From an uncultured Acidobacteriota bacterium (GTDB lineage: Bacteria; Acidobacteriota; Blastocatellia; RBC074): DNA of 64,000 nt. The stretch is taken from contig CAWCKY010000007.1 in assembly GCA_963796275.1 (NCBI GenBank), forward strand, positions 544,001-608,000, written 5' to 3'. Positions 21,850 through 31,519 of this stretch are shown here, in pieces. The translations under genes and the position numbers were made by a program. The notes under the pieces are model-generated. The model made no database searches and had not been told where the DNA came from. It worked only from the letters and a program-made list of their open reading frames with translations. The number at the start of each line of letters is the position of its first letter. Position 1 is the first letter of the stretch.

Positions 21850-22714
21850 ATGAATAAACGAGCTGAAAAGAACTCCCTGCTCAGCGGCATCGGCGCGCGG
21901 GTGAGGGCAATGAGGTTGGAATGCGGTATGACGGTCAAAGAGTTCGCCGAGCGTGCGGCGATCTCTCCGCGTTTCATCAATCAGCTTGAAGCGGGAGATG
22001 GCAATATCTCTATCGCCCGGCTTGCACGTGTGGCCGAGGGACTCGGCCGCACACTGCCTGAGCTGATTCCACCACCGGAAGATGATGGATCTATTCGCTC
22101 GCGCACCTGGCGGCTATTGAGCGAATGCAGCGATGAGGATTGGCAGGAGCTTCACCAATGGCTGGAGAAGCGTAGCGGGAACCGGCTGGAGCAATCTTTT
22201 ATCGCGCTCATCGGTTTGCGCGGGGCGGGGAAATCGACAGTTGGCACGCTGCTCGCCAGGCGTCTCAAGCAACAGTTCGTTGAACTCGATCAATGGGTCG
22301 AAGAAGCCGCCGGAATGCCGCTTGGTGAAATCTTCGCCACACACGGCGAAGGATATTACCGGCGTCTCGAACGAGAAGCGCTGTCTCAGCTCTTTGTGAC
22401 TGCCTCCACCTCGGGCGGCTGCGTCTTCGCGCCGGGCGGTTCGATTGTGACCGATGCCGAGAGTTGGGAGCTTATCAAGAGGCGCTGTTTCACCGTCTGG
22501 TTGCATGCCCACGCCGGCAGAATTTATGAATCGAATGAGGCGCCAGGGTGATACCCGGCCAATGCAGGGGCGGCCCGCGGCGATGGCCGAATTGAGAGAC
22601 CTGCTCCAGCGGCGCGAACCGCTCTACGCCGAGTCGCAGCTGCACATCAAAACTACCGCTAAGTCGCCGGCCGAGATTACTTCACAGATCATAAAAGCAC
22701 TGGAAGAAAGTTGA
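21850..22714 (+). CDS. boxR: BoxR/BzdR-type regulator (XRE HTH + shikimate-kinase-like domain), split by a +1 frameshift near 22510
   Basis: HTH, GLRGAGKST P-loop, YYRRLEREAL; removing one C from GCCC at 22507-22510 gives WLHATPAEFMNRMRRQGDTRPM...LYAE; adjacent to hcr/box genes. Confidence 0.88.
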
Positions 22715-22835
22715 TGGTTGATAGTTGATAGTGGCTTTGTTGCATAAATCGTAAATGAATATTTCAGTTGACAGTTGTTAGTTTTCAGTTGCTGATCGAA
22801 TAAGCTCAGCTAAAACTAAAAACTGAAAATAACTG
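22711..22835. repeat. Heptamer arrays: TTGATRG x3, then degenerate TTTCAGT-type units and an inverted AACTGAA-type array
   Basis: ttgatgg-ttgatag-ttgatag overlaps the boxR stop; 22762-22794 is imperfectly complementary to 22806-22835. Confidence 0.75.
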
Positions 22836-22841
22836 CTCACC

Positions 22842-23028
22842 CTCTTCGCCGCGTTAGCGGCGGTTGATTGTAGCCGTGGGTTTTAACCCACGGTGGCGGT
22901 AGATTTTTTCACGTCGCGTCAGCGACGGTTGAATTCAGGCGTCGCTAACGCGACGCGGGAATATCCTTCAAGCCTTCCGTGGGTTAAAACCCACGGCTAC
23001 AATCAACCGCCGCTAACGCGGCGAAGAG
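22842..23028. mobile_element. 187-bp REPIN/MITE-like non-autonomous element
   Basis: Perfect 52-bp terminal inverted repeats (22842-22893, 22977-23028) plus a nested 16-bp inner inverted repeat. Confidence 0.75.
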
Positions 23029-23100
23029 CATATATAGAGTTTTCAGTTGATAGTTTGTTAGATTATTACCGTAGTGTTTAAGGGCTATCGACTAGTATTT

Positions 23101-23170
23101 ACCAGCTACCAGCTACCAGCTACCAGCTACCAGCTACCAGCTACCAGCTACCAGCTACTATCAACTATCA
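23101..23170. repeat. Heptamer tandem repeat (ACCAGCT)8(ACTATCA)2 overlapping the hcrB stop
   Basis: Read directly from the sequence. Confidence 0.95.
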
Positions 23171-24144
23171 ATTTCTTTCAGCGCTCTGATCACATAAGTC
23201 CGAGTCATTTGTTTCCGCCAGCCCATCACGAAGTCGGTATTATCGAGCGGGCGCGCCTTGATGTAGCAGGCATCGGCAGCAGCGTGGATGTTTTCCGGAT
23301 TTAGCGGCTTGCCGACCAGCGTCTCTGCTGCCTCAATCACATCGATCGGTGCAGGCGCTATACCGCCGAGCACGATGCGCGCATTTTCAATTGTGCCGCT
23401 ATCCGATCGCTTCACCGACGCGGCCACACCCAACACCGGAAAATCGAACGAACCGCGCCGTCGCAACTTCTGATATGTTGCCTGCATTCCGTCAGCCGGC
23501 GGTAGATAAATTTCTGTCAGCAATTCATCGGTCTGTTTTCGCAAGTAATGAATTCCGTCGTGGTTGTAAAGCTCTTTCGCTTCAATCACGCGCTCGCCTG
23601 CGACCGAAACGAATTTGAGTTTTGCGCCGATAGCTACCATGACGGGCGCGAGGTCGGATGATTGCACAGCCCAGCACATGTGACTTCCGGGGGCGACCCA
23701 GCAGGTGTCGCCGTCTTTTTTCAGGCAAAAGTTGACGCTCCGGCGCCACTCGTAATTCTGATTGTAGTAATTGCAGCGCGTATCGAGCAGCAGATTGCCG
23801 CCGATCGTGCCCATATTGCGCAACAGCGGCGTCGAGATCAGCCTCGCTGCTCGGGTTACCACGGGCCATATCGTTTTGATAAGTTCGTTTTCGCAGATTT
23901 CGCTGAGCAGTATACCCGCACCGATGGAGATGCCGGATGACGCATCACCGCGAATTTCATGGAGCTCGGACAGGCGCATCACTGAGATGACGGTTTCAGG
24001 CATCTGCTGGCGCCGCTTCATATTTGGATAAAGATCCGTACCGCCGGCTACGAACATCGCCTCCGGGCCGGCGTGAGAGATCATTCGAACGGCGTCATCG
24101 ACGGTACGCGGCAGCAGGTAATCAAATTTTGGAAGTCGCATCAT
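23161..24144 (-). CDS. hcrB: 4-hydroxybenzoyl-CoA reductase beta subunit (FAD, [4Fe-4S])
   Basis: AGGTDL, RNMGTIGGN, cysteine insert CX15CX7CX8C, KLRRRGSFDFP. Confidence 0.9.
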   Translation of the reverse strand: MMRLPKFDYLLPRTVDDAVRMISHAGPEAMFVAGGTDLYPNMKRRQQMPETVISVMRLSELHEIRGDASSGISIGAGILLSEICENELIKTIWPVVTRAARLISTPLLRNMGTIGGNLLLDTRCNYYNQNYEWRRSVNFCLKKDGDTCWVAPGSHMCWAVQSSDLAPVMVAIGAKLKFVSVAGERVIEAKELYNHDGIHYLRKQTDELLTEIYLPPADGMQATYQKLRRRGSFDFPVLGVAASVKRSDSGTIENARIVLGGIAPAPIDVIEAAETLVGKPLNPENIHAAADACYIKARPLDNTDFVMGWRKQMTRTYVIRALKEIDS

Positions 24145-24148
24145 AAAA

Positions 24149-24174
24149 AGTTTTCAGTTTTCAGTTTTCAGTTT
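24149..24174. repeat. Left arm of a perfect 26-bp heptamer-built inverted repeat
   Basis: AGTTTTCAGTTTTCAGTTTTCAGTTT; exact reverse complement at 24573-24598. Confidence 0.95.
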
Positions 24175-24226
24175 ATAGTTCAATCAGTATTAACTTCTAC
24201 CTTTGGCCACCCCGGAAAGGTGTATT

Positions 24227-24593
24227 ATGAGATCTCAGTTGTACCGAGACTTAATCGTATGGAAGAAAAGCATTGAGTTATGTATTTATGTTTACAAGTT
24301 ATGCATCACCTTCCCTAAATCCGAGTTATATGGAATTGCGAATCAAATGAAACGGGCCTCTGTTTCCGTTCCTTCAAACATAGCCGAAGGACAGGCACGA
24401 CAGCGTTCAAATGAGTTTCTATATTTCTTGTCAATTGCCAACGGGTCATTGGCCGAACTTGATACTCAGCGCATTATTGCCGAAAAATTGGGTTTTCTTT
24501 CTTGCGATAGCAGTTCAGAATCTTGATCTTCAGATAGCGGAGCTACGCAAAATGCTCAATTCCTTGATAAGGAAACTGAAAACTGAAAACTGA
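24227..24593 (+). CDS. Four-helix-bundle protein (23S rRNA IVP-like family), +1 frameshift near 24505-24520
   Basis: YRDLIVWKKS, FPKSELYGIANQMKRASVSVPSNIAEG, FLSIANGSLAELDTQ; last helix QIAELRKMLNSLIRKL lies in the +1 frame. Confidence 0.9.
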
Positions 24594-24598
24594 AAACT
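24573..24598. repeat. Right arm of the 26-bp heptamer inverted repeat
   Basis: AAACTGAAAACTGAAAACTGAAAACT; encodes KLKTEN-stop of the four-helix-bundle gene. Confidence 0.95.
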
Positions 24599-24603
24599 AA
24601 TTT

Positions 24604-27552
24604 TCACTCTATCACATGCACTGCCTGACGCGGCAATTCGGCCCCATCCCCGCCCTCTTCCGGCGTCAATACGCGTAGCGGTTCCGGCCACTCAACCTCT
24701 GGCACCGAGCGCGGACCGTAGCGCCCATCATTTCCTTGTTTACCTTGAGCCATTGCGCGCAGCGCCGAGCGCACCTTCTCCGGCGTGATCGGTACTTCGT
24801 CGATCCGCACACCGACCGCGTCATAGACGGCATTGGCGATCACCGGCGGTATGGGCAGCAGCGGACCCTGCCCGACCTCCTTCGCGCCGAATGGTCCGTT
24901 GGGATCTGGGTCTTCGATAAGATATGTTTCCACTTCACACATTTCCATCGTCGTCGGGCTTTTGTATTCGAGCAGGGAAGGGAATTTGTGTACTAGATTG
25001 CGCTTCGCACGATAGGTCATCTCTTCCATCAGCGCTTCCCCGAGGCCCATATAGACGCTGCCCTCGACTTGCCCTATCGCCGCGCTCGCGTTTATCGCTT
25101 TGCCGATATCGTGCGCGACCCAGATCCGCTCGACTGCTATGATGCCGGTCTCCGGATCGACCTCTACTTCTGCTACTGCTGCCGAGTAGCTATAAGCCGG
25201 CGACGGTCCGACGCCACCGCCCTTGAATTTCGCGGCCGAATCTGGAGGCGAATAAGAGCCGACTGTGCCGATCGTCCCGAACTTCACTTCGGCCATCACG
25301 ACCGCTTCGGCAAATGAGATGCCGTTTTCAGGATGCTCGACGTCGAAAACGCGGCGATTCGCAAAGGCTATCTGCTCCTTCGGCGCATGGAGCTTCTCCG
25401 CGGCAGCAATCGCCAGCAATTCGCGCGCTCGTTCCGCCGCCTGAATTGCGGCGTTTCCCGTCATCAGCGTTACGCGGCTCGAGTAGCTGCCCAGATCGAC
25501 CGGCGTCAGATCGGTGTCGCCGGTAACGACGCGGATATCGAATGGATCGATGCCCAACAAATCGGCGACGATAAAGGCGAGAACCGTATCGGATCCCTGT
25601 CCGATCTCAGTCGATCCGCACATCACGCACACGCCTCCCTGCCGGTCCAGCCGAAGCTGCACACCGGAGTGCGGCATATTATTCCAGTAGATCGGCAAAC
25701 CTGCTCCTGATAGATACGAACTGCACGCGATGCCGATACCGCGGCCGTAAGGCAGTTTGCGGAATTTGCTCTTCCAATCGGAGACCGATACGACTTTCTC
25801 GATGCACGCGCCCAATCCCATGCTGCCGATGCGCAGGTAGTTGACCGTCAGCGAATGCGGCGGCGCCAGATGGCGCATTCGCATCTCCGCCGGATCTAAC
25901 CCGAGTTGTTCGGCAATCTTGTCGATTTGGATTTCGAGTGCAAAGCGCGGCTGCGGTGTGCCGTGCCCGCGCTTCGGGCCGCACGGCGGTTTATTGGTGA
26001 ATGCGCGCAAACCGCGGAAGCGATAGCGCGGGATGTTGTAAGTCACCGTCTGCAGCGCGCCCGTGTAAAAGGTCGATGCGACTCCGTAGCTGCCGTATGC
26101 GCCTCCGTCGAGAAACGACTGGAAATCCATCGCTGTGATAGCGCCATCTTTCTTGGCTCCGGTCTTGACCTTCATCAGTACCGGATGGCGCCCCCGATGG
26201 CAATAGAAAACCTCTTCGCGAGTGAGCGCGACCTTGACCGGGCGGCCCGTGACCTTGGCTAGCTTACAGACGGCGATCTCGTGGTTGAAAGGATCGGTCT
26301 TGCCGCCGAATCCTCCGCCGTTGGGCGTGGCGATGACGCGAATGTGGCTGGCGGGGATTTGAAGAACCTTGGCGAGCGCGCGATGAACATAATGAGGAGT
26401 CTGTGTCGATGACCACAGCGTAAGTTTGCCGTCGTGATCGCATTGCGCTACCGCGGCGTGCTGTTCCAGCGGCAGATGCGTGCTGCCTTCATAGAAGAAG
26501 ATGTCCTCTCGAATGATATCGGCTTCGGCGAAGCCCGCGTCGGGCTCGCCGAATTGGAGGTGAACTTTCTTGTGAATGTTGCCGCCATCGCCGTAATCGT
26601 GAATGCGCGGATCGCGTATGTTTATGGCCTCTTCGATCGATGCGACGGCCTCCAGTCGTTCATATTCGACTTCGATCAGGTTCATCGCCTCGAACGCCGT
26701 CTCTTCGTCGATCGCCGCTATCGCCGCGACCGGATCACCGATCATCCGGACCTTCTCAATGCATAGCGTATGTTCGTCCTGACTCACCGGTAGAATGCCG
26801 TAGGGGATGGGCAGGTCTCGCCCCGTGATGATGGCTTTCACGCCGGGTAACGCCCGGGCACGGGTGACGTCGATATTTTTGATCAGGGCGTGTGGGAGAG
26901 GTGACCGCAACAGTTTGGCGTAGAGCATGCGGGGCAATTCGATATCATCGGCGAAACGCGTCTCCCCGGTGCACTTCGAGCGCGCATCCACCTTACGGTT
27001 ATGCTTCACGCTTTCCTTATCCGCCGCTGAATCTGCCGCTGCTTCTACTGCTTCAAATATCTTGAGATAACCGGTACAGCGGCAGAGATTGCCGGAGAGC
27101 GCTTCCTTGATTTCATCCCGCGACGGATGAGCATTGCGATCAAGGAGTTCTTTCGCCGCCAGCAGAAAAGCCGGTGTGCAGTAACCGCATTGCGCCGCGC
27201 TGAGATCAGCGAAAGCTTTCTGCAGCGGATGAAGCTGTCCACATTCAGCCATTCCCTCAACCGTCGTTACCTCACATCCCTCCAGATCGAGCCCGAGCGC
27301 GAGACAGGATAATATCGGTCTTCCGTCGACGAGCACCGTGCACGTGCCACACTCGCCAAGCTCGCAGCCATGTTTCGTGCCGGTCAGCCCAAGGTCCTCG
27401 CGCAAGACCTCCAGCAGCGTCTTGTGCGGCAAACAGGCTACCTCAACCTCTTCGCCGTTGACCTTTAATTGGAGATGTTTTTTCCGCTTCTCCCTCCACA
27501 GGCCGTCAGCCGCATCCGTCGGAATTGTTTTGTCCACTTTAGACCTGTTCAT
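24604..27552 (-). CDS. hcrA: Fused 4-hydroxybenzoyl-CoA reductase gamma (2x[2Fe-2S]) and alpha (molybdopterin) subunits
   Basis: GCELGECGTC, QCGYC and GNLCRCTGY, followed in frame by the Mo domain (GGGFGG, GPKRGHG, GSYSSR, GAKEVGQG); upstream of hcrB. Confidence 0.88.
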   Translation of the reverse strand: MNRSKVDKTIPTDAADGLWREKRKKHLQLKVNGEEVEVACLPHKTLLEVLREDLGLTGTKHGCELGECGTCTVLVDGRPILSCLALGLDLEGCEVTTVEGMAECGQLHPLQKAFADLSAAQCGYCTPAFLLAAKELLDRNAHPSRDEIKEALSGNLCRCTGYLKIFEAVEAAADSAADKESVKHNRKVDARSKCTGETRFADDIELPRMLYAKLLRSPLPHALIKNIDVTRARALPGVKAIITGRDLPIPYGILPVSQDEHTLCIEKVRMIGDPVAAIAAIDEETAFEAMNLIEVEYERLEAVASIEEAINIRDPRIHDYGDGGNIHKKVHLQFGEPDAGFAEADIIREDIFFYEGSTHLPLEQHAAVAQCDHDGKLTLWSSTQTPHYVHRALAKVLQIPASHIRVIATPNGGGFGGKTDPFNHEIAVCKLAKVTGRPVKVALTREEVFYCHRGRHPVLMKVKTGAKKDGAITAMDFQSFLDGGAYGSYGVASTFYTGALQTVTYNIPRYRFRGLRAFTNKPPCGPKRGHGTPQPRFALEIQIDKIAEQLGLDPAEMRMRHLAPPHSLTVNYLRIGSMGLGACIEKVVSVSDWKSKFRKLPYGRGIGIACSSYLSGAGLPIYWNNMPHSGVQLRLDRQGGVCVMCGSTEIGQGSDTVLAFIVADLLGIDPFDIRVVTGDTDLTPVDLGSYSSRVTLMTGNAAIQAAERARELLAIAAAEKLHAPKEQIAFANRRVFDVEHPENGISFAEAVVMAEVKFGTIGTVGSYSPPDSAAKFKGGGVGPSPAYSYSAAVAEVEVDPETGIIAVERIWVAHDIGKAINASAAIGQVEGSVYMGLGEALMEEMTYRAKRNLVHKFPSLLEYKSPTTMEMCEVETYLIEDPDPNGPFGAKEVGQGPLLPIPPVIANAVYDAVGVRIDEVPITPEKVRSALRAMAQGKQGNDGRYGPRSVPEVEWPEPLRVLTPEEGGDGAELPRQAVHVIE

Positions 27553-27571
27553 GAATATGCATTATAATGCA
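27548..27571. promoter_or_regulatory. BzdR/BoxR-type operator TGCA-N6-TGCA containing a TATAAT -10 box
   Basis: TGCATTATAATGCA at 27558-27571, with an overlapping TTCA-N6-TGCA at 27548-27561, between divergent hcr and box operons. Confidence 0.7.
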
Positions 27572-27626
27572 GTAGCGGATAAAATGAACAGGCGATATAG
27601 TGCGACTTGATAAATGATAGATATTC

Positions 27627-27691
27627 GAAAGTTGAAAGTTGAAAGTTGAAAGTTGAAAGTTGATTGATAGACGATAGTGAGCTGTGAGCAG
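27627..27691. repeat. Heptamer array (GAAAGTT)5 followed by variant heptamers
   Basis: Five exact copies, then TTGATAG, ACGATAG, TGAGCTG, TGAGCAG. Confidence 0.9.
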
Positions 27692-27744
27692 TGCGTGCTA
27701 GATGGAGAAGCAGATCACCGCGGTAACAACAAAAAGGGGCTCTT

Positions 27745-29388
27745 ATGATCGATTTTCAGACTGCGCCGGAGCATTACCGTCACTGGAAGCTGACGGTCGA
27801 TGGCGCCGTCGCGACGCTGGCGATGGACGTGCAGGAAGAACAAACGCTCGGGCCGGGATACAAGCTGAAACTTAACTCCTACGACCTCGGAGTCGACATT
27901 GAACTTGCCGATGCCATCGAGCGGCTGCGTTTTGAGCACCCTCAGGTCGGAGTCGTCGTCGTCACCAGCCTCAAACCGCGAATCTTCTGCGCCGGGGCTA
28001 ACATATATATGTTAGGCAGTTCGTCTCACGCCGCGAAGGTCAACTTCTGCAAGTTTACCAATGAGACGCGCTGTGCGATTGAAGACGATTCGCGCCATTC
28101 GGGGCGGCGCTATATCGCGGCTCTCAATGGAACCGCATCGGGTGGCGGATACGAACTGGCAATCGCCTGCGATGAAATCTATCTAGTTGACGACGGCTAC
28201 GCGGCCGTTTCGCTGCCGGAGATCCCGCTGCTCGGCGTCCTTCCGGGGACTGGCGGATTGACCCGGCTTGTCGATAAACGCCGGGTGCGGCGCGACCGCG
28301 CTGATGTTTTCTCGACCATCGCTGAGGGGGTGCGTGGCAAGCGTGCGAAAGACTGGGGATTGATCGAGGATTGTTTCCCAACTACGAAGTTCCAGGATGC
28401 AATTGCGGCGCGATCGCGGGAGATCATCGCGCAAAATAGAATCCAGTCGGGCGACACAAGCGGGCTGCAGGGCATTCGGCTCAACCCGCTCGAGGTCGAT
28501 GTTACGCCTGATACGCGCGCGTACAGATACGTCAGCCTGCGTCTCAATCGCGATCGGCGATATGCGGACTTAACAGTGCGAGGGCCCGAAGACGGTCTCC
28601 CCGCCGAACCTTCCGAGATTCAGCGCATGGGCGACGCCTGGTGGCCGATCCGAGCCTTCCGTGAACTCGATAATGCGCTGCTGCACCTGCGCGTCAATGA
28701 ACCGGAGATAGGTCTGGTCTGCCTGCGGACGGAAGGCGACATCGGCAGCGCCCTCGCAATTGATTCGACTCTGAAAATGCGGTCTGATTTCTGGCTGGTT
28801 CGCGAAACCGTACTGCTGATGGCGCGTGTGTTGCGCAGGCTCGACCTGACGGCCAAAAGTTTCTTTGCCATGATAGAACCGGGAAGTTGTTTCGCCGGCA
28901 GTCTGTTGGAACTTGCGCTCGCGGCCGACCGCAGCTATATGCTCAATGATCCGAAACAGTCGAATGAACTGGCGATCAGCGATCTCAATATCTCCGGCTT
29001 TCCGATGAGCAATGGCCTGACGCGCCTGCAATCGCGCTTCTTCTCGGATCCGCGAAAGATCGCCGAGGTAGCCGAACATCAAGGCCGGTTTGATCCGGTT
29101 GCGGCTGATGACGTCGGTCTCATCACCCTAGCACCCGATGATCTGGATTGGGATGACGAAATTCGCCTGGCCATTGAAGAACGGACCGCGCTTTCGCCCG
29201 ATGCGCTGACCGGAATGGAAGCTTCGCTGCGATTTGTCGGCCCTGAGACGCCCGAGACCAAAATTTTTGGCCGTTTGACCGCCTGGCAAAATTGGATCTT
29301 TCAGCGCCCCAATGCCATCGGTGAACAGGGCGCGCTCACAAATTATGGTAAGCCGACGCAGCCTAAATTTGACTACCGGAGAACCTAG
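27745..29388 (+). CDS. boxC: 2,3-epoxybenzoyl-CoA dihydrolase
   Basis: YRHWKL, LKLNSYDLGVDIELADA, KVNFCKFTNETR, IFGRLTAWQNWIFQRPNA. Confidence 0.96.
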   Translation: MIDFQTAPEHYRHWKLTVDGAVATLAMDVQEEQTLGPGYKLKLNSYDLGVDIELADAIERLRFEHPQVGVVVVTSLKPRIFCAGANIYMLGSSSHAAKVNFCKFTNETRCAIEDDSRHSGRRYIAALNGTASGGGYELAIACDEIYLVDDGYAAVSLPEIPLLGVLPGTGGLTRLVDKRRVRRDRADVFSTIAEGVRGKRAKDWGLIEDCFPTTKFQDAIAARSREIIAQNRIQSGDTSGLQGIRLNPLEVDVTPDTRAYRYVSLRLNRDRRYADLTVRGPEDGLPAEPSEIQRMGDAWWPIRAFRELDNALLHLRVNEPEIGLVCLRTEGDIGSALAIDSTLKMRSDFWLVRETVLLMARVLRRLDLTAKSFFAMIEPGSCFAGSLLELALAADRSYMLNDPKQSNELAISDLNISGFPMSNGLTRLQSRFFSDPRKIAEVAEHQGRFDPVAADDVGLITLAPDDLDWDDEIRLAIEERTALSPDALTGMEASLRFVGPETPETKIFGRLTAWQNWIFQRPNAIGEQGALTNYGKPTQPKFDYRRT

Positions 29389-29393
29389 AAGAG

Positions 29394-29476
29394 AATGGAT
29401 AATGGATAATGGTCAGTTATCGACAACAACCACTATCAACTATCAACTATCAACTATCAACTTTGAATTATGAATT

Positions 29477-29480
<4 letters not shown>
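29394..29480. repeat. Mixed heptamer arrays (AATGGAT)2, (ACTATCA)4 and (ATTATGA)2 filling the boxC-boxB spacer
   Basis: Read directly; the last ATTATGA supplies the boxB ATG. Confidence 0.9.
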
Positions 29481-30883
<1,403 letters not shown>

Positions 30884-30925
30884 TATTTCGGAATATAAAT
30901 CTCATCGCACTATTCCGCTAATTGT

Positions 30926-31513
30926 CTATTGCCGGGTCCAGATGAAACCCAGGTTCACCCGGACGGGCCGATCCTTACCAAATGAATTGAGAACCTCAAT
31001 ATATGGTGCGGGGCCGCCCGGTCCTCCCAAAGGCCTGCTGTGAGAAGTACCGCTAAAAGCCGTGTCCGACGGGTCTTCCGCTCCCTGACGGCGCTGTCCC
31101 AGGCGACGCTGATACCATTCTTCGATCTTGATCATATCGATGTCCCATTCCCGGCCCAATCGCATCGCGAGCCGATACGCTTCGTCGGTGGTGGCCGCTG
31201 CGTAGAAGAGGTCCATGCTCCGAATGACTTCACCTTCACGGCGGCACATGACCGTCCGCACATTGGCCTCCAGTATTTTATTCTCCGGTAACCTTACTTT
31301 GATTCGCACTCCGCCTTCCAGGGAGAAGGCGGTTGAATCAGTAGGCCATTTCACGTCCCAGGTCGTGTGCCCGCTGCTGAGGTCCCAGTCAAGGAGCTCC
31401 TTCGGCTGGGATCCTGAGAACGGGTTGCATGCGATCGAGAGCGTTACTGCCAGGACGGCTGCGCACAATTTGTAAACATAACCGGTTTGGCTTTGCGTCA
31501 ACTTACCCATCAT
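30926..31513 (-). CDS. Hypothetical lipoprotein
   Basis: 195 aa; hydrophobic leader ending LSIA-C (lipobox-like). Confidence 0.65.
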   Translation of the reverse strand: MMGKLTQSQTGYVYKLCAAVLAVTLSIACNPFSGSQPKELLDWDLSSGHTTWDVKWPTDSTAFSLEGGVRIKVRLPENKILEANVRTVMCRREGEVIRSMDLFYAAATTDEAYRLAMRLGREWDIDMIKIEEWYQRRLGQRRQGAEDPSDTAFSGTSHSRPLGGPGGPAPYIEVLNSFGKDRPVRVNLGFIWTRQ

Positions 31514-31519
31514 TTACGT

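Noticed and set aside
22500-22520. Programmed ribosomal frameshift in boxR
   Set aside because: No slippery heptamer; the same +1 pattern in unrelated genes points to sequencing error
23074-23304. ORF with SYQLPAT peptide repeats
   Set aside because: Translation artefact of the (ACCAGCT)8 array, overlapping hcrB antisense
24227-24593. DGR (Avd) or a real 23S rRNA intervening sequence
   Set aside because: No reverse transcriptase, template/variable repeat pair or rRNA sequence in the window
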